Source: Deltaproteobacteria bacterium (GTDB lineage Bacteria; Desulfobacterota; Binatia; UBA1149; CAYXZP01). Taken from it: DNA of 64,000 nt. A program made the position numbers and the translations under genes. The stretch covers positions 13,311 through 77,310 of the forward strand of contig JAYGCL010000027.1 in assembly GCA_046583365.1 (NCBI GenBank), given 5' to 3'. Positions 9,007-16,584 of this stretch are shown one piece after another (within the stretch, counting starts at the first letter, position 1; each line of letters opens with the position of its first letter). The notes beneath the pieces were generated by a model that worked only from the letters and a program-made list of their open reading frames with translations, made no database searches and was not told the origin of the DNA.

Positions 9007-9435
9007 GTGAGGCATGCTCCGGCCCTGCTATCAGCCCTCTTTCTACTGCTAGTGGCCCCGACCCCCCCGGTTTCGGCCCATGCAGTGGGCGTCCTGGACC
9101 ACTACGGCTGCCACAGCGACCGCCGTCTGCGTAACTACCACTGCCACCGTAAGCAATTTGCCAACCACATCTTTGAATCCAAGGCCGCCATGCTCAGGCA
9201 AAAGAGCCATCAGGCCGAGTCCCCCGAGACCGTGGCTCCCGCGGACGCGCCAGTGCAGACCCGGGAAAAGAGCATGACGAGCAGATGGCGCCCCTCCTGG
9301 TTGCGGCAGTCCGACATGACAGCCCCCAACGACATCGAGCAAAGGCTGAGGCTACTCATGGACCTTCACAAAAAAGGCCTGGTTTCCGACCAGGAGTACG
9401 AAAACAAACGCAGGGAAATTCTCGGTGACCTGTAA
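9007..9435 (+). CDS. Exported YHYH-like Cys/His motif protein with a C-terminal SHOCT domain
   Basis: Signal peptide ending in VSA-H; H..LDHYGCH.......YHCH motif; SHOCT-like IEQRLRLLMDLHKKGLVSDQEYENKRREIL. Confidence 0.8.
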   Translation: MRHAPALLSALFLLLVAPTPPVSAHAVGVLDHYGCHSDRRLRNYHCHRKQFANHIFESKAAMLRQKSHQAESPETVAPADAPVQTREKSMTSRWRPSWLRQSDMTAPNDIEQRLRLLMDLHKKGLVSDQEYENKRREILGDL

Positions 9436-9688
9436 AAGCGCCGACATCCGTGTCTACACGACTCCGGCTTGCGGCTACTGCCGTCGGGCTAAACAGTTGC
9501 TCGAACAAAAGGGTCTCGACTACACCGAGATCGACGTCAGCCGCAACGAAGAAGCCCTGGCCGAAATTACCGCTCTGTCCACCCAGAAAACCTTCCCACA
9601 AATCATGATTAACGGCCGCGTCATCGGCGGCTACAACGAGTTAGCCAACCTGGACAGCCAGGGGCAACTCGATGCTCTTGTCGGTTGA
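9425..9688 (+). CDS. grxC: Dithiol glutaredoxin (Grx3-like)
   Basis: VYTTPACGYC, TFPQI and IGGY motifs; 87 aa. Confidence 0.9.
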   Translation: MTCKSADIRVYTTPACGYCRRAKQLLEQKGLDYTEIDVSRNEEALAEITALSTQKTFPQIMINGRVIGGYNELANLDSQGQLDALVG

Positions 9689-9697
9689 TACTCAGCC

Positions 9698-12073
9698 ATG
9701 GCTAACTCCTGGCTTGTCGGCCGTCATGCCGAACTTTCCCTGCTCTCGCGGACGCTGGACCGCCTGGTCGATGGCAACGGCGGCCTGGTATGGATCGAAG
9801 GGGAGCCCGGAATCGGCAAAACCCGTCTTGCCGCCGAGGTCGACCGCCTGGCCAGAGGGCGTGGTCTCAAGACGGCGTGGACCTGGATCAACAACGAACC
9901 ACCGCCGAGCGCGGTCGAGGTGTTCTCACCGTTGCTCGGCCCCCAGGCCAGCCTGTCGATACCCATCACCACCCCCCAGGAATACCCGGCCAACCGCAGC
10001 AGCATTATCGCGGCCATAGTACGGGCCATGTTCGCGGCTGCCGCCGAGGCCCCCCTGGTCGCCATCATCGATGATCTTGGGCGCGCCGACACCCTTACCC
10101 TGGAGGCAGTGGATGCGCTCGCATCGACCGCCACGACCAGACCTCTGCTGCTGATCGTAACGGTAAGGAGCGGAAGTATAGCCAGTGGCCAACCCAACAT
10201 GGACCTGGCAGCGAGCATTCTCACCAAATCCATGCATCTGTGTCTCGGGGGTCTGTCAAAAGGCGAGGTCGGGCAGTTCGCCGAAAAACTGCGCGGTAAA
10301 CACACCGACTCGACCACCCGTGATGCTCTCTACCAGCGCAGTGAAGGCAACCCGTTTTATCTCAGCCAACTGATTCCCTTGTTGCCACCACAAACAGAAC
10401 CGCAGCAAGGCACCCCGCTTGACCTCACCACCGTCCCCGTGGGCATCAGGCAGGCGCTGAAGGCCAGGCTCAGCCAGTTGCCCGAGGGGGAGTTAGAGGC
10501 TCTGCTGGCCTGTGCCGTGGCCGGAGAGACCTTTGAGGAAGCCGTGGCCCGCGCCATCCTGAGACAGTCGCAAAACAACTACACCGACAGCGAAATATCC
10601 CACTTCCTTGACCGCCTGGACGCTCGCCACTACCTGCAAGCCCCGGCCTTTGCCCAGACCCGCTGGTCTTTCTGCCACAGCCTCTTGTGGCAAACCGTCT
10701 ACGAAGACATCGAGGCCGGCCAGTGCCGTCACATGCACAGGATAGCCTCACAAGAAACGGTCGCCGGCACCCACCGCTCCGAACACGGCTCGGCCGACCA
10801 TGTACGTCACGTACTGAGAGCCGTGCCCCTGATTGCAGTCGCAAAGGCCGCAAAAACTGCACTCGAGGAAGCGGGCCGTGCGCGCCTGATCCTGGCCTGG
10901 GAACGGGCACGCTCCTATTGCCGCCAGGCCCTGGACCTTATCAAGCTACACCCCGACCAGGACGACCAGGAAGACACCCTTTTGCAACACTGCCTGCTGC
11001 TGGCGGAACTGGCTAAATCCGAAAGGGCCCTGGGCAACGTTGACTCCGCCCGCCGGTTAGCAACAGAAGCCATCGATGCAGCCCGTTCAGCCTCCCACCC
11101 CCGGGTGCTGGCCAACCTCGCACTGACCATGGTCCCCCATCACCACCACGAAGGGATGCCCGACTATAACGCCCGCGTCGTGCTCGAGGAGGTGCTCGAC
11201 CGCCTCGATGACAGCGAAGTGAAACTCAAGGTCATGTCCTTGATTCAGTTGGCCAGCATAAACCTGCTCGAAGGCGCCTCCGAGCTGGCCCAACAACAGA
11301 CCGGCAGAGCGGTTGAGTTGGCCAGAAACAGCGGCGACGAAAACCTCAAGTCCGAAGCCGACCACTGGGCCCATCTGTCCAGAAGTGTTTCGCCAGACTC
11401 ATCCATACAGGCCCAGGAAACTCCAACACCCGCCCAGACCCCGGCCACCGAGGCCGACGATAAAGACTCGGTTGAGATTTTCAAACTGATGGAGGATTAC
11501 AACCAGGCCATGGGCCAGGCCCGTCCCCGCGACGGGGTAAAAGCCGTGGAGGCGCTGGCCGCGCTTGCGGTAAAGGGCAACGCTCAGGCCAGCATGATGG
11601 AGTGGCGGCTGAGAGCCGCCGAAGCCCTGAGGCTGGGGCATCTGGACGAGGCCGAAATATCTGCCCGCAGGGCCTATGCAAAGGGCAAAAATTTAAACCC
11701 CCAGACGGCCGAGGCCACCCTGGCCCTGCAGCTTGCCGGCATCCGCTTCGAACAGCGCCGCGGCCAGGAGGCCCAAGCCATACTATACGGCAGCATGCTC
11801 CAATACCTGCCCGAACCGGCAATTGATGCCGTCATAGCCCATATAGACGCCGAAACCGGCAACCTGGACAAAGCCCGCAATCGCTTTGAGGACCTGGCCA
11901 GGGATGGATTTTCATCTATCCCCTCGGGATATGCCGGGCCGGCCTTCCTGCAGTTTGCCGCCAGAGCCTGCTTCGAACTCGGCGACCGGGAAAGAGCCGG
12001 CCAGCTGAGAACCATGCTCGCCTCTTTCGTAAACAACCCCGTCGTCCTTCCGGTGGTCGGGTTTGTGGTTTGA
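9698..12073 (+). CDS. AAA_16/STAND-like NTPase with TPR-like helical region (5' part of an interrupted gene)
   Basis: LVGRHAEL, Walker A GEPGIGKT, Walker B IIDDL, RSEGNPFY (GxP), FCHSLL, then helical repeats. Ends at TGA 12071-12073. Confidence 0.85.
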   Translation: MANSWLVGRHAELSLLSRTLDRLVDGNGGLVWIEGEPGIGKTRLAAEVDRLARGRGLKTAWTWINNEPPPSAVEVFSPLLGPQASLSIPITTPQEYPANRSSIIAAIVRAMFAAAAEAPLVAIIDDLGRADTLTLEAVDALASTATTRPLLLIVTVRSGSIASGQPNMDLAASILTKSMHLCLGGLSKGEVGQFAEKLRGKHTDSTTRDALYQRSEGNPFYLSQLIPLLPPQTEPQQGTPLDLTTVPVGIRQALKARLSQLPEGELEALLACAVAGETFEEAVARAILRQSQNNYTDSEISHFLDRLDARHYLQAPAFAQTRWSFCHSLLWQTVYEDIEAGQCRHMHRIASQETVAGTHRSEHGSADHVRHVLRAVPLIAVAKAAKTALEEAGRARLILAWERARSYCRQALDLIKLHPDQDDQEDTLLQHCLLLAELAKSERALGNVDSARRLATEAIDAARSASHPRVLANLALTMVPHHHHEGMPDYNARVVLEEVLDRLDDSEVKLKVMSLIQLASINLLEGASELAQQQTGRAVELARNSGDENLKSEADHWAHLSRSVSPDSSIQAQETPTPAQTPATEADDKDSVEIFKLMEDYNQAMGQARPRDGVKAVEALAALAVKGNAQASMMEWRLRAAEALRLGHLDEAEISARRAYAKGKNLNPQTAEATLALQLAGIRFEQRRGQEAQAILYGSMLQYLPEPAIDAVIAHIDAETGNLDKARNRFEDLARDGFSSIPSGYAGPAFLQFAARACFELGDRERAGQLRTMLASFVNNPVVLPVVGFVV

Positions 12074-12418
12074 CCTCCGGCCGTGGAAGCCGCCAAACTG
12101 GCCCTCCTGGAAGACGACCTCGAAAGTGCCTCTAATTACCTGGCCGAGGCCAAGGAAAAGGGATTCAGCCTTGAATCCCCCCTGCTCAACACCAACCTGG
12201 ACCGCACCGAGGCCCTGATCAAACTCAGTCGGGGTGGGCCGGAGAACCTCGAACGGGCCGGCGTGCTGCTCAAAGGGGCGCTGGCGACCCTTGAGAGCCA
12301 CGGCCTTATCTGCCGGGCTCAACTGGTACGTAACGACTTAAAGAAGCTTGCAGAGAAGCTCGAACAAGCCCCGGCGACCACCGCCAAGGGCAAGCTGAAA
12401 GTAGTACCAAAACGCTAG
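12074..12418 (+). CDS. In-frame C-terminal continuation of the NTPase-TPR gene past the TGA (readthrough, nonsense or sequencing error)
   Basis: Same frame as 9698 and open to TAG 12416-12418. TPR-like helical text continues. No SD before GTG 12083. Confidence 0.65.
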   Translation, partial: PPAVEAAKLALLEDDLESASNYLAEAKEKGFSLESPLLNTNLDRTEALIKLSRGGPENLERAGVLLKGALATLESHGLICRAQLVRNDLKKLAEKLEQAPATTAKGKLKVVPKR

Positions 12419-12426
12419 GGGTTAAA

Positions 12427-12503
12427 TGGGTGCGGGGGAGGGATTTGAACCCTCGACCTGCGGGTTATGAGCCCGCCGAGCTACCAGACTGCTCCACCCC
12501 GCC
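12427..12503 (-). tRNA. Initiator tRNA-fMet (CAT), 77 nt, CCA encoded
   Basis: GGCGGGGTGGAGCAGTCTGGTAGCTCGGCGGGCTCATAACCCGCAGGTCGAGGGTTCAAATCCCTCCCCCGCACCCA. Shows a GGG/CCC anticodon stem, A11-U24 and a 1:72 mismatch. Confidence 0.96.
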
Positions 12504-12537
12504 CGGGGTAGATATAAACGGTCGGGTAGGAAGTCAA
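12504..12537 (-). promoter_or_regulatory. tRNA promoter abutting the mature 5' end
   Basis: TTGACT (12537-12532, overlapping the rluB TGA)-17 nt-TATCTA (12514-12509), GC-rich discriminator CCCCG, then tRNA G1. Confidence 0.65.
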
Positions 12538-13394
12538 CGGAGCCGACGCGCGCGCCCTGGTTCAGACTTGCGGTTGGAGGCTTTTAACCCCGCCGCTTCA
12601 CGAAGCTGTTGTACTTCTGTGTCACTGAGCCTGCGCACGTCACCCGCCGCCAGGCGGCCCAGCTTCAAAGGGCCTATCTCGGTACGCCGAAGTTTTTCCA
12701 CGACGATGTCCACGGCCTCAAACATACGGCGGACCTGCTGGTTGCGGCCTTCCGATATGGTCACCTCCACCCAGGCCTTGGACGCAGACCCCTTTATGAT
12801 ATCGACCCGAGCCGGGGCCGTGACACCATCTTCCAGTTCCACTCCCCGCCTCAGCCAACCGATGTCGCGCTGGGAAGGACGGCAGTTCAGCTTGGCTACA
12901 TAGGTTTTGGACACATGGTAGCGGGGATGGGTGAGGTACTGGGCCAACTGTCCGTCGTTGGTGAGGAGCAAAAGCCCGGAACTGTGGTAGTCGAGCCTTC
13001 CCACCGGGTAGACCCGACGGCCCAGGCCACGGACAAAATCCCCCACCGAGAGCCGGCCCTCGGGGTCCATCATGCTGGTTATGCAGGCCACCGGCTTGTT
13101 GAAGGCGAAATACTCCCGCGCCCGCGGCCGGGGCAATAAACGCCCGTCTACCTTTATGTGGTCCGAACGGGGGTCGGCCTTGCTGCCCAGACGGCGTACC
13201 GTACGACCGTTTACACTTACCTGACCGGCTTCGATGAGGCGTTCGGCCTGGCGGCGGGAGGCCAGACCTGCCGCGGCGATCAATACCTGCAGCCTTACCC
13301 CACCGTTGTCGTCACTAGCCCTGGTCTCTTTGGCTGGAACGTCGGTCTTGTGACTCACCCGGCTCTTGCTGCTCTTGCTCTTCTTGCTGTTCAC
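12534..13394 (-). CDS. rluB: rRNA pseudouridine synthase, RluB/RsuA family
   Basis: S4 domain RLQ..ASRR.AE, VGRLDYHSSGLLLLTNDG and EGRNQQVRRM. Lies downstream of scpAB. Confidence 0.9.
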   Translation of the reverse strand: MNSKKSKSSKSRVSHKTDVPAKETRASDDNGGVRLQVLIAAAGLASRRQAERLIEAGQVSVNGRTVRRLGSKADPRSDHIKVDGRLLPRPRAREYFAFNKPVACITSMMDPEGRLSVGDFVRGLGRRVYPVGRLDYHSSGLLLLTNDGQLAQYLTHPRYHVSKTYVAKLNCRPSQRDIGWLRRGVELEDGVTAPARVDIIKGSASKAWVEVTISEGRNQQVRRMFEAVDIVVEKLRRTEIGPLKLGRLAAGDVRRLSDTEVQQLREAAGLKASNRKSEPGRARRLR

Positions 13395-14058
13395 CCTGTT
13401 TACCCTGTTCGGTCAGGCTAGCCTCAGCGCCTTCGCTTTCCAACGGCAGCACCCCGTGGCCCTCGCCGCCGGCCTCCAGGAAGTCGCTCTCACCGGCCAT
13501 AGTCTCGAATTCATCACCAAGCTCCCCCAGGGTCGGCAGAGACTTCAAGTCTTTAAGGCCAAACAGTTCCAGGAACTCGCCGGTAGTGGAATACAACAGC
13601 GGCCGACCGGGTCCGTCACGGCGGCCGGCTATGCGAAGCAGGCGGCGCTCGAGCAGGCTCTCGAGCACCCCACTGGCATCGACACCGCGGATGGACTCCA
13701 CCTCGGCCTTGGTCACGGGCTGACGGTAGGCAACGATGGCAAGGGTCTCGGTGGCCGCCCGCGTCAGGCGGTAGGGCCGCTCGCGAAAGAGTCGCTTGAC
13801 CACACGGTAGTGCTCGGGGGCCGTTCTCAGCTGCCAGCCCCCGGCAACCTCGCTCAGGCGCACCCCGCGGCCGCTCTGGAGGTCTTTCTGCAAAGCCGTC
13901 AATGCCGCCTTTATTTCGGCCGCGGTCACACCCTCGAGAATCTCGTCCATGGCCTTTACCGACAGCGGGTCGGCAGCCGCAAAAACCAGGGCCTCCACAA
14001 TAGGCTTGAGCCGGTCTACCGGCCACAGACCCCCGCCTTCAGTGTTCTGTTCGGCCAT
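13315..14058 (-). CDS. scpB: SMC-Scp complex subunit ScpB
   Basis: VEALVFA, VAGGWQLRT, ETLAIVAYRQPVT..IRGV, GRPLLYSTT..FL..FGL. Confidence 0.95.
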   Translation of the reverse strand: MAEQNTEGGGLWPVDRLKPIVEALVFAAADPLSVKAMDEILEGVTAAEIKAALTALQKDLQSGRGVRLSEVAGGWQLRTAPEHYRVVKRLFRERPYRLTRAATETLAIVAYRQPVTKAEVESIRGVDASGVLESLLERRLLRIAGRRDGPGRPLLYSTTGEFLELFGLKDLKSLPTLGELGDEFETMAGESDFLEAGGEGHGVLPLESEGAEASLTEQGKQGEQQEEQEQQEPGESQDRRSSQRDQG

Positions 14059-14875
14059 CACCGGCCTCCTTTTCCCAATCCTTGAACGTGCTACCCGAAC
14101 CGTAGGTCTCCACCAACTGGATCAGGGAATCGTCAAGGTCCTTAGACGTCAGGCGCAAATAAATCGTCCCCCCGTCGCCGTCCTGCTCGGCATCCAGGAT
14201 GTCCATCTTCATGAGTTCGAGCAGACCGATGAAAGTCGCGATGATATAGCCCCGGGCCGAGCCCTCGGGGAATAGAAGGTCAAACTCCATGCGCTCGGTC
14301 CCACGCAAACGGTCCACCAGCGTGCGCACCGCATCGGCGACACTGAACTGCTCTGGCTCCAGGGTGTGGGGCTTGCGCGCAGCCGCACGCAACAGGGTGC
14401 GGCGCAGGGCCTCGAAGAGGTCTCCCAACTCAACGTCGGCAAAGCCCGGGGTGTCCTCTCCCGGGGTACCCTGGCTGTCATCGCTGGCGGGCGGAGACGC
14501 CGGGCGGCGGAAAACATCTCGCTCCAGAAGGGCCCGGTCGCGCAGTTCATCGGAAGCCTCACGATAGCGCTTGTACTCGGCCAGTTGGCGCACAAGATCG
14601 ACGGCGGGATCATCTTCATCCTCGTCCTCTTCTTCTTCGACCGGCAAAAGCAGACGCGACTTCAAATACATAAGAGTGGCCGCCATGACGAGATACTCGC
14701 CGGCCACATCCAGGTTCATCTCCTCGAACAAATCCAGATATTCCAGATACTGATCGGTAATTGTCGAGATCGGCAGGTGGTAGATATCCACCTCGTTGGA
14801 TTTCACCAGGTGCAGGAGCAGATCCAGCGGCCCCTCGAAAGCGTCGAGGCGAACATTGTAACGGGAAGACTCCAT
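14039..14875 (-). CDS. scpA: Segregation/condensation protein ScpA
   Basis: FEGPLDLLLHL, GEYLVMAATL..KSRLLLP, TFIGLLEL. Confidence 0.95.
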   Translation of the reverse strand: MESSRYNVRLDAFEGPLDLLLHLVKSNEVDIYHLPISTITDQYLEYLDLFEEMNLDVAGEYLVMAATLMYLKSRLLLPVEEEEDEDEDDPAVDLVRQLAEYKRYREASDELRDRALLERDVFRRPASPPASDDSQGTPGEDTPGFADVELGDLFEALRRTLLRAAARKPHTLEPEQFSVADAVRTLVDRLRGTERMEFDLLFPEGSARGYIIATFIGLLELMKMDILDAEQDGDGGTIYLRLTSKDLDDSLIQLVETYGSGSTFKDWEKEAGDGRTEH

Positions 14876-15868
14876 CTACAGCCCCACGTGTTCGCGCACC
14901 TCTTCCATGGTCTCTTTGGCCACGGCGCGAGCCCGGCGTCCGCCCTCGGCCAGCACCTCGTCGGCGACCCCCGGCCGCTTCTCAAACTCGCGGCGGCGCT
15001 CGCGGATCGGCTCCAGGTCTTCAAGCACGTGCTTGATCATTACCTTCTTACAATCCAGACATCCGATGGAAGCGGTTCGGCAACCCTGACTGAGTTCGGC
15101 TTTCTCCTCTTCGCTGCAATAGACCTCGTGCAGTCTAAACGTCGGACAGTCTTTCGGATCGCCGGGGTCATTGCGGCGCTGTCGGCGCACGTCGGTTACC
15201 ATCCTCGACAGCTTGGTCGTAATCGTGTCGGGGTCGTCACCGAGGTCCACCGTATTACCGTAACTCTTGCTCATCTTGCGCCCGTCGGTACCCGGCAGGC
15301 GGGCCGCCGGCACCACCAGACCCTTGGGTTCGGGGAATACCGGGCCGTAGAAACGATTGAAGCGCCGGGCTACCTCGCGGGCCAATTCGATATGAGGTAA
15401 CTGGTCCTCGCCCACCGGTACGCCGTTGGCCTTGTAAATGAGCACGTCGGCCGCCTGCAACAAGGGGTAGCCCAGAAATCCATAGGTCGTCAGATCACGT
15501 CCCTTTAACTGCTCCTGTTGCTCCTTGTAGCTCGGCACCCTTTCCAGCCACGGCACAGGCACCACCATGGAGAGCAGGAGGTGGAGTTCGGCGTGCTCGG
15601 GCACATCGGATTGACGGAAGATAACGCTGCGTTCGGGGTCAAGGCCCACCGCCAGCCAGTCCAGGACCATCGCGGCTGAACTCGCAGGAATGCCCGAGGT
15701 ATCGGAGTATTCGGTGGTCAGTGCGTGCCAGTCGGCGACAAAGAAGAAGCAGGAATTGTCGGCCTGCAAGTCAACCCAATTTCTGAGGGCCCCGTTCAGG
15801 TGCCCCAGGTGAAGGCTGCCGGTGGGGCGGGTGCCCGAGACCACTATCTTTTTAGACGTAGTTGCCAC
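14876..15868 (-). CDS. trpS: Tryptophan--tRNA ligase
   Basis: SGTRPTGSLHLGH, YPLLQAADVL, VPVGEDQ, KMSKS. GTG start 1 nt after the protease stop. Confidence 0.96.
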   Translation of the reverse strand: MATTSKKIVVSGTRPTGSLHLGHLNGALRNWVDLQADNSCFFFVADWHALTTEYSDTSGIPASSAAMVLDWLAVGLDPERSVIFRQSDVPEHAELHLLLSMVVPVPWLERVPSYKEQQEQLKGRDLTTYGFLGYPLLQAADVLIYKANGVPVGEDQLPHIELAREVARRFNRFYGPVFPEPKGLVVPAARLPGTDGRKMSKSYGNTVDLGDDPDTITTKLSRMVTDVRRQRRNDPGDPKDCPTFRLHEVYCSEEEKAELSQGCRTASIGCLDCKKVMIKHVLEDLEPIRERRREFEKRPGVADEVLAEGGRRARAVAKETMEEVREHVGL

Positions 15869-15869
15869 C

Positions 15870-16544
15870 CTACATAAACACGCCAAGAACGCCCACAACA
15901 CCCCGCACCACCGGACCGATCACCGAACCGATGGTGCCCGTCATCAACAGGCCGAATACGATCAGAAAACCGAAGGGCTCCAACTTGGCAAGCACCCCGG
16001 CCGGACCCCGCGGTAACAGTCCAACGGCAACCCGGCCTCCATCCAACGGAGGAATCGGAATGAGATTGAAGACCGCCAGCACCACGTTGATCACCACACT
16101 ACGCCAGGCCATGATCGCCAACGGAGCCGTCACGGCCACCATGCCCGTTACATCCTGGCCCACGAAGGGGTCGGGGGCGACCGAGCGTGACAGCAGTCCG
16201 AAGGCTATGGCACTGGCAACGGCCAGCACCAGGTTCATGGCCGGACCGGCCGCAGCCACGTAGACCATGTCGCGGATCGGGTGTCTCAAACGCTGCCAGG
16301 CTATGGGCACCGGCTTGGCATAGCCGAAAAGAATCGGGGAACCGCTGAAAAACAACACCGCCGGCATGATAATGGAGCCGACCAGGTCCAGGTGGGCCAG
16401 GGGGTTGAGGGTCAGACGCCCCAGACGTGCGGCGGTATCGTCGCCCAGGCGCCAGGCAACATAACCGTGGGCGAATTCGTGACAGACAAGGGCCAGCAGC
16501 AAGGGCAAGACCCACAGTGCGGCGGATGCAAGATCGACTCCCAT
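15870..16544 (-). CDS. Site-2 protease family (M50) intramembrane metalloprotease
   Basis: HEFAH, AAAGP.MN and FNLIPIPPLDG motifs. Confidence 0.93.
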   Translation of the reverse strand: MGVDLASAALWVLPLLLALVCHEFAHGYVAWRLGDDTAARLGRLTLNPLAHLDLVGSIIMPAVLFFSGSPILFGYAKPVPIAWQRLRHPIRDMVYVAAAGPAMNLVLAVASAIAFGLLSRSVAPDPFVGQDVTGMVAVTAPLAIMAWRSVVINVVLAVFNLIPIPPLDGGRVAVGLLPRGPAGVLAKLEPFGFLIVFGLLMTGTIGSVIGPVVRGVVGVLGVFM

Positions 16545-16580
16545 CCTCTCACCGATACCAGCAGCCTTGCAGACGGGCAA
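16545..16580 (-). promoter_or_regulatory. Putative near-leaderless promoter for the protease-trpS-scpAB-rluB run
   Basis: TTGCCC(16580-16575)-17 nt ending in TGG-TATCGG(16557-16552), then 7 nt to ATG 16544. Confidence 0.5.
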
Positions 16581-16584
16581 CCAC

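Noticed and set aside
12074-12110. Bona fide SECIS element after the TGA
   Set aside because: Only a 4-bp stem is present and the protein family is not a known selenoprotein. Kept only as one option within the readthrough finding.
7087-12503. Genomic island integrated at the tRNA-fMet 3' end
   Set aside because: I see no integrase, no duplicated tRNA 3' fragment and no obvious compositional break.
12430-12903. 157-aa ORF beginning MRGRDLNPRP
   Set aside because: It is the antisense translation of the tRNA and rluB, a well-known artefact.
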